DNA of 64,000 nucleotides from an uncultured Acidobacteriota bacterium (GCA_963755825.1 CAVWLA010000003.1:1313261-1377260); one strand, 5' to 3'; numbered from the stretch's first letter, positions 30,654 to 40,827 are shown. Notes: generated from the sequence alone by a model not told the origin. A program made the numbers and translations.

Positions 30654-31133
30654 TCAGCGGCATTCGTCCGTCGAGACCTTGCCGACGACGGAGTCCCCAT
30701 CGGTGGTGGCGCAGTCGAGATCGAGATCCACCTTGACGACGTCGATGCCGTTGATCATCGAGCCGACGCGCTTGACGTCGGCCTTCAACTTCCTGCAGTT
30801 GGCGCGGCCGACGACGAAGGACGGAGCCTCGAGGTCGTTGAAGCGCATGACCCGCACCGCCGGTCCGGAGAGCGGATCGATCACCAGCCGCACGGTCAAT
30901 CCCGTCTTCTCCTCCACCAGGTCGGCCCCCCAGAAGACGAAGTGCTGGCCCGCGATGCAGACCGACGGCTTCATCTCGAAGGAGCTCATGGTCGGCCCGG
31001 CGACGGCCATCACCTGCGCGCCGCTCGGCACCGGCCGGCCGGCGCTGGCGCAGCCAGCGGCGAGGCCGGCGCAGAGGCCGGCGAGGACAAGGCCGGCGAA
31101 GGAAGGACGGCTGACGAAGCGGAGCGCACTCAT
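30654..31133 (-). CDS. Hypothetical lipoprotein
   Basis: GGAGG RBS; lipobox LAAGC; four further Cys residues. Confidence 0.7.
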   Translation of the reverse strand: MSALRFVSRPSFAGLVLAGLCAGLAAGCASAGRPVPSGAQVMAVAGPTMSSFEMKPSVCIAGQHFVFWGADLVEEKTGLTVRLVIDPLSGPAVRVMRFNDLEAPSFVVGRANCRKLKADVKRVGSMINGIDVVKVDLDLDCATTDGDSVVGKVSTDECR

Positions 31134-31253
31134 GTTCGGTCGCCTCCTCGGTACCCGGTGGATGGGATGGATCGACGGCAGGCTATCACCGCCGGCGGAG
31201 CCCCGGGCGCCGTGCGGACGTATGATCGAGCCCGAACGGAGGGCCTCGCCCCC

Positions 31254-31877
31254 ATGCTCTACGATCTGTCGCCCACCATCCGCCACGAGACCCCGGTCTG
31301 GCCCGGCGACACGCCGTTCGGCGCGCGGCTCACCCTCGCCACCGCCGGCGGCGACGCGGTCAACCTGTCGCAGATCACCACCACGCCCCACCTCGGCTCC
31401 CACGCCGATGCGCCGTTTCACGTCGACGGCCGCGGCGCGGCGATCGCCGAGCTGTCGCTCGAGCCGTTCCTCGGCATCTGCCGGGTGCTGAAGGTGCCGC
31501 CGCTCCACCTCATCGAGCCGCGCCACGTCGAGGGGATCGACCTCGCCAACCCGCGCCGGCTCCTCCTGCGCACCGAGAGCCTCGCCGATCGGCGCGCCTT
31601 CTCGGAGCGCTTCTCCGCCCTCTCGCCCGAGCTCGCCGCGCTCCTCGCCGAGCGCGGGCTCCTCCTCGTCGGCATCGACACCCCGTCGGTCGATCCCTTC
31701 GAGAGCAGCGAGCTCCCCGCCCATCACGCGCTCCTCCGCGGCGGCGTCGCCGTGCTCGAAGGGTTGGTCCTCGACGGCGTGCCGGAGGGGATCTACGAGC
31801 TCATCGCCCTGCCGCTCAAGCTCGCCGGGCTCGACGGCTCGCCGGTGCGGGCGGTGTTGCGGACGGTCGAGGGCTGA
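31254..31877 (+). CDS. kynB: Kynurenine formamidase (cyclase family)
   Basis: VWPGDTPF, HLGSHADAPFH, GIDTPSVD, LEGL, DGSPVRAVL. Confidence 0.9.
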   Translation: MLYDLSPTIRHETPVWPGDTPFGARLTLATAGGDAVNLSQITTTPHLGSHADAPFHVDGRGAAIAELSLEPFLGICRVLKVPPLHLIEPRHVEGIDLANPRRLLLRTESLADRRAFSERFSALSPELAALLAERGLLLVGIDTPSVDPFESSELPAHHALLRGGVAVLEGLVLDGVPEGIYELIALPLKLAGLDGSPVRAVLRTVEG

Positions 31878-31966
31878 CGGGATAGAATGCCGTCGCGAGC
31901 AGATGCCATCGGCGCGCCGCGAAAGGGATCGCGGCGACCCGGATGCGCGACGGAGGGCGCCAGCCG

Positions 31967-32626
31967 GTGACCGGCAAGGAATTCGTCAAGGGTCTCCTCG
32001 AGGAGATGGGGCGCCTCTTCGCCCGGCTGGGCGAGACCGACACCCTGGAAGCGGAGTCCGACGGCAAGGTCGACGTCGTCACTCTCTTGAAGCTCGCCCT
32101 GAAGAGCGAGCTCGAGGCGAGCGAGCTCGCCGGCTTCTACATGCCGACGACGCCGGAGGTCGACGCCAAGATGGCCCTCGCCCTCCAGTGCGGCGACGAG
32201 ATGAAGCACTACGGCATGATCAGCCAGCGCCTGGCCGAGCTCGGCGAGGATCTCGCCTCCTTCGATCCGCTGGCCGACGGCCACAGCCCGCTCTACCAGT
32301 ACCTGCGCGGCCTGCGCACGACCGTCGAGCGCATCGCCGCCGGCACCTTTGCGAGCGAGGCCATCGCCGAGATCCGCAACACCCAGTTCGTCAAGTTCTG
32401 CCAGCTCGCCGGCGACGAGGGTACCGCCAGGCTCTACAGCGAGACCATCCAGCCCGAGGAGATCCACCACCACCTCCTCGGCCGCGAGATCCTCGAGAAG
32501 TACGCCACCACCCCGGAGCTGCAGGAGCTCGCCGCCGCCGCCGTGCGCAACACGCTCGCCATCGCCGACGAGCTGCGGAACCTGGCCGCCAAGACGACCG
32601 GCGTCCACAACATCCCGGTCTCCTGA
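31967..32626 (+). CDS. Ferritin-like di-iron protein
   Basis: Paired ExxH motifs (DEMKH, EEIHH) in a helical protein. Confidence 0.8.
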   Translation: MTGKEFVKGLLEEMGRLFARLGETDTLEAESDGKVDVVTLLKLALKSELEASELAGFYMPTTPEVDAKMALALQCGDEMKHYGMISQRLAELGEDLASFDPLADGHSPLYQYLRGLRTTVERIAAGTFASEAIAEIRNTQFVKFCQLAGDEGTARLYSETIQPEEIHHHLLGREILEKYATTPELQELAAAAVRNTLAIADELRNLAAKTTGVHNIPVS

Positions 32627-32646
32627 CCGGCCCGCTCCGCGCGCTC

Positions 32647-33543
32647 ATGTCCGCCGACGAGACCCCGCTGCCGGTCCATGCCATCGCCGTCCTCGGCGCC
32701 GGCACCATGGGCCGCGGCATCGCGCACGTCGCCGCGGTGGGCGGCTTCGAGACGACCCTCTTCGACACCGATCCCGCGGCGCTCGAGCGCGCCGCCGCCT
32801 CGATCGCCAAGAACCTCCGCCGCGGCGTCGAGCTGGGCAAGCTCGCCGCGGAGACCGCCGAGGGCGCCCTCGGCCGGCTGCGCACCGTCGCCGACCTCGG
32901 CCAGGCGGTCTCGGGCGCCGACCTCGTCGTCGAGGCGGTGCCGGAGGACATGGCGCTCAAGGCCGACATCTTCCGCCGGGTGGCGGCGGCGGCCCCGGAG
33001 CACGCCATCTTCGCCTCCAACACCTCGGCGCTCTCGATCACCGAGATGGCGGCCGCCTCCGGCCGCCCGGCCCGCTTCGCCGGGATGCATTTCTTCAACC
33101 CCGTCCACCTGATGAAGCTGATCGAGCTGGTGCGCGGCCTCGAGACCTCGGAGGCGACGCTCGCGACGCTCCGTGAGGTGTCGGCGCGGATGGGCAAGGA
33201 GGTCGTGCTGGTGAACGAGGCGCCGGGCTTCGTCACTTCGCGGATCAACGCCCTCATCGGCAACGAGGCCTTTCGCATGCTGCAGGAGGGGGTTGCCTCG
33301 GCCGAGGACATCGACAAGGCCCTGAAGCTCGGCCTCAACCATCCGATGGGGCCGTTCGAGATGGTCGACCTGGTCGGCCTGGACGTGCGCCTGTCGATCC
33401 TCGAGTTCCTCCACCGCACCCTCGGCGAGGCCTACCGGCCGAACAACCTGATCGTCCAGCACGTGCGCGCCGGCCGCCTCGGCAGGAAGGTCGGCCGCGG
33501 TGTCTACGAATACGACGCCGAGGGCCGGCGGATCGCGGGATGA
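32647..33543 (+). CDS. 3-hydroxyacyl-CoA dehydrogenase
   Basis: GAGTMGRGIA, EAVPE, SNTSALSI, GMHFFNP, PMGPFE. Confidence 0.95.
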   Translation: MSADETPLPVHAIAVLGAGTMGRGIAHVAAVGGFETTLFDTDPAALERAAASIAKNLRRGVELGKLAAETAEGALGRLRTVADLGQAVSGADLVVEAVPEDMALKADIFRRVAAAAPEHAIFASNTSALSITEMAAASGRPARFAGMHFFNPVHLMKLIELVRGLETSEATLATLREVSARMGKEVVLVNEAPGFVTSRINALIGNEAFRMLQEGVASAEDIDKALKLGLNHPMGPFEMVDLVGLDVRLSILEFLHRTLGEAYRPNNLIVQHVRAGRLGRKVGRGVYEYDAEGRRIAG

Positions 33544-33620
33544 GCGCCGCGGGCGGCGGGCTCGAGGGCCGCGTCGCCCTGGTGACCGGCAAGCCTGAGC
33601 CGGTCGATCGCGCGGGCTAG
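33540..33620 (+). pseudogene. Truncated SDR oxidoreductase remnant
   Basis: ATGA-coupled MSAAGGGLEGRVALVTG, then an abrupt end before the GxxxGxG motif is complete. Confidence 0.65.
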
Positions 33621-34915
33621 CGCGCCGGCCGCGCCATCTCGCGCACTCCCTGCTCGAGACGCCGGGCCAGCTCCGGAAGATCCTCCACCGCCACCGAGCA
33701 GTGCGCCAGGCGCAGGTAGCGCGTGCCGATGGCGATCGTCCCGGTCTCCTGGTGCGCGAGGAGGTGCCGGCGGACGTCGTCCGCATTCAAGCCCAGGGCG
33801 TCCGGAATTCGGACGAGGGCGAAGCAGCCGGCGTTGAAGGGGAGAACCTGCAGCAGCCGCGGATCGACCGCGGCGAGCGCCGGCCGCAGCGCCCGATAGC
33901 GCTCGTCGAGCAGCATTCGCACATTTTCGACTTGATTCTCGATCCCCGGCGTGCGGAGCGCCGCGGCGAGCACCGCCTGGCCGGTCGCCGGCGGCGAGCC
34001 GAGAGTGGCGCGGACCAAGGCGCGCAGCTTGCTTTCCACCTCGATCGCCATGGAAGAGCCCGGCTCGCAGCCGAAGGTGAGGAATCCCACCCGACCGCCG
34101 AAGAAGGAGAGCTCCTTGGTGCCGCCGTCGACCTTGATCGGGAGCAGGCGGGGATGAGCGCCGACGAGGTCCCAGAAGAGCGACGCGCGCGGCACCTCGG
34201 GCGCGTAGACGAGGCCGGCATAGGCGTCGTCGCAGACGACGACGAGCGGCCGCCGCGCCGCCTCTTCGACGAGGGAGGCGATGAGCTTACCGCGCTCCGC
34301 CGCGGTCGGCATGTAGCCGCCCGGGTTCGACGGCAGGTTGACGAGAGCGATCGCCGGCTCGCCCGCCGGCAGGGGCGCCAGAGCGCGAGCGAGCGCGAGC
34401 GGGTCGAAGCGCGCCGGCACGGACGCCAGGTCGTAGGCCGGCGAGGTCAGGACGCGGGCCCCGTGGCGCACCGCGAACGCCTGTCGGTAGTTGCCCCAGA
34501 ACGGCTCGGAAATGGCGACGGCGCGCCCTTCGGCGGCGAAGAGATCGGCGACCAGCGAGAGACCGTGGGCGAGGCCCGAGGTGACGAAGGGGAGGCTCGA
34601 GGGGACCGCCGCCGCCACCTCGCGCCGCTGCCATCGTCGCCACAGCGCGCGGAGCTCCGGCAGGCCCGCCGGCGGCGAAGCGGCGCGCGCCACGGCGCGA
34701 TCGGCCGCCGGCAGACCGCCGAGGGCGCCCGCGAGCGGATCGCGCTCGGCCTCCCGCCGATGTCCCTTCTCACCGGAGGATCTCCCGGTCGCCCGCTCTC
34801 CGTCGAACGGCGCACTCGGGAGGGCGGGGTCCTGGGCCCGCCGGCCGAGGGGCGAGAGCAGCGCGGCGAAGTCGCGCCCGGCGAGCGGTTCGGACTGTGG
34901 GATCTGGTCGGCCAC
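33617..34915 (-). CDS. Class I/II PLP-dependent aminotransferase
   Basis: FWGNY, NLPSNPGGY, DDAY, KVDGGTKELSFFGGRVGF. Confidence 0.88.
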   Translation of the reverse strand: MADQIPQSEPLAGRDFAALLSPLGRRAQDPALPSAPFDGERATGRSSGEKGHRREAERDPLAGALGGLPAADRAVARAASPPAGLPELRALWRRWQRREVAAAVPSSLPFVTSGLAHGLSLVADLFAAEGRAVAISEPFWGNYRQAFAVRHGARVLTSPAYDLASVPARFDPLALARALAPLPAGEPAIALVNLPSNPGGYMPTAAERGKLIASLVEEAARRPLVVVCDDAYAGLVYAPEVPRASLFWDLVGAHPRLLPIKVDGGTKELSFFGGRVGFLTFGCEPGSSMAIEVESKLRALVRATLGSPPATGQAVLAAALRTPGIENQVENVRMLLDERYRALRPALAAVDPRLLQVLPFNAGCFALVRIPDALGLNADDVRRHLLAHQETGTIAIGTRYLRLAHCSVAVEDLPELARRLEQGVREMARPAR

Positions 34916-35265
34916 GCTCGGTCTGCGGCAGGGGGAGAGGGCGCCGGGAGTATATCTGCGGCTTCGGAAGGGAGGCCGGCGGAGCGCTTCGGGCGGCCGC
35001 CGGCACACCGAAGAGCAGCCGAAGCACATCGGTCAGCCGCGGGCCGCGAGAACGGCCCGGCGGCGTATTGGCTTGCCGAAGACGCCATCTCGCTTCGACC
35101 TCGATCGCCGGCAAGAGAGAACTCCAAACGGCCATCCGGTTGCATCCGAAAGGGCAGAAATGCGGTAAGGTCGGCCTCTCGGATCGTGCGATCGCCGTGT
35201 CGATGTGCGCGCCTCGGGTCTCCGGCCCGCTGGCTCGGTTATGGCGCGCTTCCTACGGAGTCGAG

Positions 35266-37188
35266 ATGTCTGAATTGATCTCTTACATTCTCCGCTTTCC
35301 AGCGCCGGAGACCCACCTGATCGAGGTCGAAGGCCGCTTTCCGACCGGCGGCCGCGCCACGCTCGAGCTCGCCATGGCGGTGTGGACGCCGGGCTCCTAT
35401 CTGGTGCGCGAGTTCGCCAAGCACGTCGAGGGCCTCGGCGCCACCGCCGCCGAGGACGGCCGTCCGCTGGCGGTCGAGAAGATCGCCAAGAACCGCTGGC
35501 GGATCTCGACCGCCGGGAGCGCCTCGGCGGTCGTCCGCTACCGGCTCTACGCGCGCGAGATGTCGGTGCGCACCAACTTCGTCGACTCGAGCTTCGCCCT
35601 CGTCAACGGCGCCTCCACCTTCCTGGCGCCCGCCGGCGGCGCGCCGGCGCCCTACGAGGTGCGGCTGGTGCTGCCGCCGGCCTGGAAGACTTCGATCTCC
35701 ACCCTCGCCGGCGTCGCCGGCGCCGAGCACGCCTACCGCGCCGAGGACTTCGACACCCTCGTCGACTCGCCGCTCTACGCCGGCAACCCCGAGATCCATC
35801 GTTTCGAGGTGGCGGGGCGCACCCATCTGCTCGTCGACGAGGGCGCCGGCGGCGAGGAGCGCGGCGAGCCGGCGGTGTGGGACGGCGCCCGCGCCGCCGC
35901 CGACCTCGAGCGCCTGGTGCAGGAGGAGATCGCCTTCTGGGGCGCGGCGCCCTACTCCCGCTATATCTTCTTCAACCTCATCACCGAGGAGTCCGGCGGC
36001 CTCGAGCACAAGAGCTCCACGGTGCTCATGACCAGCCGCTGGAAGGCGCGCACCCGCGAAGGGCGGCTCGACTGGCTGAGCCTCGCCGGCCACGAGCTCT
36101 TCCATGCCTGGAACGTCAAGCGCCTGCGGCCGGTCGAGCTCGACCGCTTCGACTACGAGCACGAGGTCTACACCCAGGGGCTGTGGATGGCGGAGGGGCT
36201 CACCTCCTACTACGACGACCTGCTGCTCCCCCGCGCCGGGCTGGCCACCCGCGAGGAGTACCTGAAGCGGCTGTCGAAGCAGATCGACCTCCTACAGGCC
36301 ACTCCGGGCCGCCTCGTGCAGTCGCTCCGCGCCGCCTCGTTCGACGCCTGGATCAAGTACTACCGGCGCGACGAGAACTTCGTCAACACCGGCACCAGCT
36401 ACTACACCAAGGGCGCCGTCGTCGGCTTCCTGCTCGACGCCCGCATCCGCCGCGCCAGCCGCGGCGAGCGGTCGCTCGACGACGTGCTCCGCCTCGCCTG
36501 GCGGCGCTACTCCGGCGAGCGCGGCTTCACCGAGGCGCAGTTCCGCCAGACCGTCGAGGAGGTCGCCGGCCGCGCCACGGCGGAGTGGCTGGAGCGGGCG
36601 GTGGGGAGCGCCGAGGAGCTCGACTACCACGATGCGCTCGACTGGCTCGGCCTGCGCTTCACCCTCGATCGCGGCAAGGACGGCGGCACGCCGGACGAGG
36701 CCGAGGAGCCGAGGCGCGAGCCGCCCGCCTGGCTGGGGATCGAGGCCGAGCCGCAGCGCGGGCGCCTCACCATCACCGAGGTCAAGCGCGGGACGCCCGG
36801 CCACCAGGCTGGCCTGAACGTCGGCGACGAGATCCTCGCCATCGGCGACTACCGGGTGCCGCCCGACGGCTGGAGCGAGCGCCTGAAAGCCTACCGGCCC
36901 GGCGAGCGGGCGACCCTCCTCCTCGCCCGGCGCGAGCGGCTGACCCGGCTCGCGGTCACCTTCGGCGAGAAGCCGGCGCGGCGCTGGAAGCTCGAGGTCG
37001 ATCCCAAGGCGACCGCCGAGCAGAAGGCGCACCTCGCCGCCTGGCTGCGCGGACAGCGCCGGGAGATCGAGCGGGAGATCGAGGTTGAGGCCGAGCCCGA
37101 GCCGGCGACCTCGAGCTTCGGCGGGAGGTCGGCGCGCGAGCTTCAGCCGGCGGCGATCGAGGCGAGGCCCGACGCCCCGGGCTCGTAG
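35266..37188 (+). CDS. M61 glycyl aminopeptidase with C-terminal PDZ domain
   Basis: WTPGSYLVREF, GGLEH, HELFHAWNVKRLRP, EGLTSYY, YYTKG, AGLNVGDEIL. Confidence 0.95.
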   Translation: MSELISYILRFPAPETHLIEVEGRFPTGGRATLELAMAVWTPGSYLVREFAKHVEGLGATAAEDGRPLAVEKIAKNRWRISTAGSASAVVRYRLYAREMSVRTNFVDSSFALVNGASTFLAPAGGAPAPYEVRLVLPPAWKTSISTLAGVAGAEHAYRAEDFDTLVDSPLYAGNPEIHRFEVAGRTHLLVDEGAGGEERGEPAVWDGARAAADLERLVQEEIAFWGAAPYSRYIFFNLITEESGGLEHKSSTVLMTSRWKARTREGRLDWLSLAGHELFHAWNVKRLRPVELDRFDYEHEVYTQGLWMAEGLTSYYDDLLLPRAGLATREEYLKRLSKQIDLLQATPGRLVQSLRAASFDAWIKYYRRDENFVNTGTSYYTKGAVVGFLLDARIRRASRGERSLDDVLRLAWRRYSGERGFTEAQFRQTVEEVAGRATAEWLERAVGSAEELDYHDALDWLGLRFTLDRGKDGGTPDEAEEPRREPPAWLGIEAEPQRGRLTITEVKRGTPGHQAGLNVGDEILAIGDYRVPPDGWSERLKAYRPGERATLLLARRERLTRLAVTFGEKPARRWKLEVDPKATAEQKAHLAAWLRGQRREIEREIEVEAEPEPATSSFGGRSARELQPAAIEARPDAPGS

Positions 37189-37955
37189 GTCCAGCCCACC
37201 ACCCGCGGTGGCGCGGCGGCCGGCGCCAGCTCGATCGCCACCGCCCCGAGGAAGGTCGGCCGCGGCTCGAGGTGGTGGAAGAACCACCGCTCGGCGCGCT
37301 CGGCATCGCCCTCGAGCGTCAGCATGCGCGGCGCCTCGCCGGGCCGGAGCGTGACGACGAAGGAGTCGAGCGGCGCCGCGAGCCCCACCCCCACCGCCTT
37401 CAGGTAGGCCTCTTTGCGCGTCCAGCAGTTGAAGAAGGCTTCCTTCTTGCGCTCGGCCGCGACCTCGGCGAGCGCCGCGACCTCGGTCGCCGAGAAAAAC
37501 CGGCTGGCGATGTCGTTGAGATCGGGCATCTCCTTCAGGTACTCGACGTCGACCCCGAGGTCGCCGCCGCGGACGAAGCCGGCGAGGGCGAGGTCGTCGG
37601 AGTTCGAGAGGTTGAAGGAGAGGCCGGAGCCGCGCCAGGGCGCCGCCAGGTCCGGCTTGCCGCGCTCGCGATAGTCGAAGCGGAGAGCCGCCGGGCGGAC
37701 GTCCAGGTAGGCGCCGAGGAGAGCCCGGAGAGCGCCGCGGCCGACGATGTAGCGCCGGCGGTGGACGTCGAAGCGGAAGCGCGCGGCGCGCGCCTCCTCG
37801 TCGGGGGTGAGGAGGCGGGTGAGGGCGGCGGCCTGCTCTGCCGGGGGATCGAGCGGGATCGACCAGACCTGGATCTCGCCCGCCGGCAGCTCGAGCACCG
37901 CCGGCAGGCCGCGCGCCGGCCACGCTGCCGGAGCGGAGGGGCCGGAGCCGGTCAC
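37143..37955 (-). CDS. Sfp-type 4'-phosphopantetheinyl transferase
   Basis: GKP, FNLSNS, LGVDVE, WTRKEAYLKAVG. Confidence 0.94.
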   Translation of the reverse strand: MTGSGPSAPAAWPARGLPAVLELPAGEIQVWSIPLDPPAEQAAALTRLLTPDEEARAARFRFDVHRRRYIVGRGALRALLGAYLDVRPAALRFDYRERGKPDLAAPWRGSGLSFNLSNSDDLALAGFVRGGDLGVDVEYLKEMPDLNDIASRFFSATEVAALAEVAAERKKEAFFNCWTRKEAYLKAVGVGLAAPLDSFVVTLRPGEAPRMLTLEGDAERAERWFFHHLEPRPTFLGAVAIELAPAAAPPRVVGWTYEPGASGLASIAAG

Positions 37956-38740
37956 CGGGCGCGTTCGGAGAGGGTCTGGCTGGCGAGCTCGGCGAGATCT
38001 CGCGACAGCGCCTCGGCGATCAGCTCGCGCGCGCTGTGCAGGAAGAAGTGGTCGCCCGGCAGCATGCGGGGCCGGAAGCGGCCGCGGGTCTGCGTCCGCC
38101 AGAGGTCCAGATCGTCCTTGGTGACGTCGCGGTCGCCGAGGCCGCCGAAGGCCGAGATGCCGATGTCGAACGGCGCCTCCTCGGTATATTCATAGGTCTC
38201 GTTGACCCCAAAATCGGCGCGCAGGATCGGAAGCAGCAGGCGCATCAGCTCGACGTGCTGCAGCACCTCTTCGGGCGTGCCGTTGAGCTCGCGCAGCTTC
38301 TCGATGAACTGCGGCTCGGGGAGCTCGTGGATGGGCTCCTCGCGCGCCGGCAGCTGCGGCGCCCGCCGGCCGGAGACGAAGAGATGGAGCGGCAGCGGAC
38401 CGCCGGTCCGCCGCTGCGCCCGCGCCAGCTCGAACGAGAGGAGCGCCCCCATGCTGTGGCCGAAGAAGGCGAACGGCATGTCGAAGTACGGCGGCAGGAC
38501 CTGCGCCAGCGCCTCGACCAGCGGCCGCCAGTGGGTGAAGGGCGTCTCCCGCAGGCGGCTCTCGCGGCCGGGGAGCTGCACCGGACAGACCTCGACGTCG
38601 GTGGGGAGCGACGCCGCCCAGCCGCGGTACACCGAGGCGCCGCCGCCCGCGTAGGGGAAGCAGAACAGCCGCAGGCGAGCCCGCGGATTGGGCTCGCGGT
38701 AGGCGAGCCAGCGCTCGGCGGGCGGCGGGCTGGGCGTCAC
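37952..38740 (-). CDS. Type II thioesterase
   Basis: LFCFPYAGGGAS, GHSMG, LRADF, GDHFF. Confidence 0.95.
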   Translation of the reverse strand: MTPSPPPAERWLAYREPNPRARLRLFCFPYAGGGASVYRGWAASLPTDVEVCPVQLPGRESRLRETPFTHWRPLVEALAQVLPPYFDMPFAFFGHSMGALLSFELARAQRRTGGPLPLHLFVSGRRAPQLPAREEPIHELPEPQFIEKLRELNGTPEEVLQHVELMRLLLPILRADFGVNETYEYTEEAPFDIGISAFGGLGDRDVTKDDLDLWRTQTRGRFRPRMLPGDHFFLHSARELIAEALSRDLAELASQTLSERAR

Positions 38741-38840
38741 GATGGGATCGGCATCGGAGGTGAAAGGGTCGCGGCCGGGCCGCGGCGAGCGCCCGGCCGG
38801 GGCGGCAAGCCCAGCGGCCGGCCGCGACCGCCGGCGCGCA

Positions 38841-39086
38841 TCAGTTGGCCGACTGATCCGCCTGCTTGCTCTTCTCCATCTCTTCCATCTTCTTGCGCAG
38901 CGAGAGCGGGCGCATGTCCGTCCAGATCTCCTTGATGTGGGCGAGGCACTCGTCCTTGGGGCCGCTCTTGCCGACGTCGTTCCAGCCCAGCGGGTTCTCG
39001 CGGTGCGCCGGCCAGATCGAGTACTGCTCCTCGTGGTTCACGACGACCTTGTAGATCGTATTGTCTTCTTTGTCTTCCCAGCTCAT
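38841..39086 (-). CDS. mbtH: MbtH-like protein
   Basis: [12 protein letters not shown]...PLGW...WTDMRPLSL. Confidence 0.97.
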   Translation of the reverse strand: MSWEDKEDNTIYKVVVNHEEQYSIWPAHRENPLGWNDVGKSGPKDECLAHIKEIWTDMRPLSLRKKMEEMEKSKQADQSAN

Positions 39087-39233
39087 CGGGTTCTCCTTAC
39101 CGAGCGGCTCCGCCGCCTCCTAGGGGTCCCACCGGGCCCTTCCAGGGACATTCTAGCCCCGAGACCGCCGGCTCCACTAATAGAGTGCCGCTTCCATGCA
39201 GGGCGTGACAGCGGCCCGGCCCCTGCGGCGAGC

Positions 39234-40670
39234 TCACGGCTCCGCGGCGGCCGTCCGCTGCCGAGCGCCGGCGAGCGCCGCCACCAGGGCGTCGAGGTCG
39301 TCCGGGCCGGTGCGGACGTTGGTGATGCAGGCGCGGAGCGCCGGCCGGGTCTCCCCCAGCCGAACGGTGCTGATCCAGGCGGCTCCCGAGCGGACGACGT
39401 CGGCGGCGATCGCCTCGAGGTGGGCGGCGGAGCCGCCGTCCGGGCGGGTGGCGTCGGTGAAACAGACGACCGGCAGGGGGGTCGGATTGATCGGCTCCCA
39501 GTCGGCGGCGCGCAGCCGCTCGCGGAGGAGATCGCCCATCGCGGTCTGGTGGTGGATCGCCTCTTCGTATCCTCGCCAGCCGGCGACGGCGAGCGAGAGG
39601 AAGAGCTTCAGGCCGATGAAACGGCGCGACCATTGGATCGAATGCGCGTAGGGGTCGGCGACGGAGAGGTCGCCGGCGTCCCGCGGCATGTAGCCCGCCG
39701 TCACCCGGAAGGTGCGCTCGAGGACGCCGGTCTGCCGGGTGAGGAAGAGCCCCGCCCCCATCGGCACCGACAGCCACTTGTGGGCGTCGAAGGTGATCGA
39801 CGCGGCGCGCTCGATGCCGGCGAGGATCGGCCGCAGCGTCGAGTCGAGCGCCGCGGCGCCGCCCCAGGCGGCGTCGACGTGGAACCACAGGCGCTCCTCG
39901 TCGGCGACATCGGCGATGGCGGCGAGCGGGTCGACGGTGCCGCCGGAGGTGGTGCCGGCGGTCGCCACCACCAGGAAGGGGGCGCAGCCGTCGTGGCGGT
40001 CGCGCTCGACCGCGGCGCGGAGCTCGTCGACGTCCATGCGCAGCTCGCCGTCCACCGGGATCTCGCGCACCGCCTCGGTGCCCAGGCCGCAGAGGCGGGC
40101 CGCCTTCCAGAACGAGTGGTGCGCCTCCGAGGAGACGTAGAGGACCGGCTGGCTGCGCAGCGCCAGGAGGCCGCGGCGGCCGACCTCGGGGAAGGCGCGG
40201 AGCAGCGCCGCCAGGAGCGCCGTGTGGTTGGCCTCGGCGCCGCCCGAGGTGAAGGTCCCCTCGGCGCGCTCGCGGTCGTAGCCGAAGCGCTCGGCGAAGG
40301 CGTGCACGAGGTGCTGCTCGATCTCGGCGGCGAGCGGGCTGTGGCTCCAGGCGGCGAGCTGCGGATTGAAGGCGGCGACCAGGGCGTCGGCGGCGATGCC
40401 CATGGTGGTCGGCGCCGGGTTGAAGAGGCCGAAGTAGCGCGGGTGCGGAGTGTGGACCTGGTGGCGCCAGAGGCCGCCGACGGCGAAATCGAGGGCCTCG
40501 TTGGGCTCCACCGGCTCGCCGAAGTCGAAGCGTTCGAGGAGGCCGCGGATCTCATCGGGATCGAGGTGCGGCGCCACCCGTGCGCTCCCGACGCCTTCTG
40601 TGTAGGCTTCGATGGCCTCGACGAGCCGCCCCCAGAGCGCGCGCCTCTCGTCGGCAGACAACATCAACAT
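39234..40670 (-). CDS. Group II PLP-dependent decarboxylase
   Basis: HPRYFGLFNP, FTSGGAEAN, ATAGTT, HVDAAWGG, DAHKWL. Confidence 0.93.
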   Translation of the reverse strand: MLMLSADERRALWGRLVEAIEAYTEGVGSARVAPHLDPDEIRGLLERFDFGEPVEPNEALDFAVGGLWRHQVHTPHPRYFGLFNPAPTTMGIAADALVAAFNPQLAAWSHSPLAAEIEQHLVHAFAERFGYDRERAEGTFTSGGAEANHTALLAALLRAFPEVGRRGLLALRSQPVLYVSSEAHHSFWKAARLCGLGTEAVREIPVDGELRMDVDELRAAVERDRHDGCAPFLVVATAGTTSGGTVDPLAAIADVADEERLWFHVDAAWGGAAALDSTLRPILAGIERAASITFDAHKWLSVPMGAGLFLTRQTGVLERTFRVTAGYMPRDAGDLSVADPYAHSIQWSRRFIGLKLFLSLAVAGWRGYEEAIHHQTAMGDLLRERLRAADWEPINPTPLPVVCFTDATRPDGGSAAHLEAIAADVVRSGAAWISTVRLGETRPALRACITNVRTGPDDLDALVAALAGARQRTAAAEP

Positions 40671-40827
40671 GGTGGTCGCGCCTCGCTCGCAGGGCACTCC
40701 GCGGAGGCCCGGATGGACTTCGGATGCGGGCTCGGCCCGCCAGCAACGCCGTACATAATAGAGCAACGCCGGAGACCGGACGGCGGGCGGCGCAAACCCC
40801 CGCATCGATCCCCACCTGGAGCCCTAG

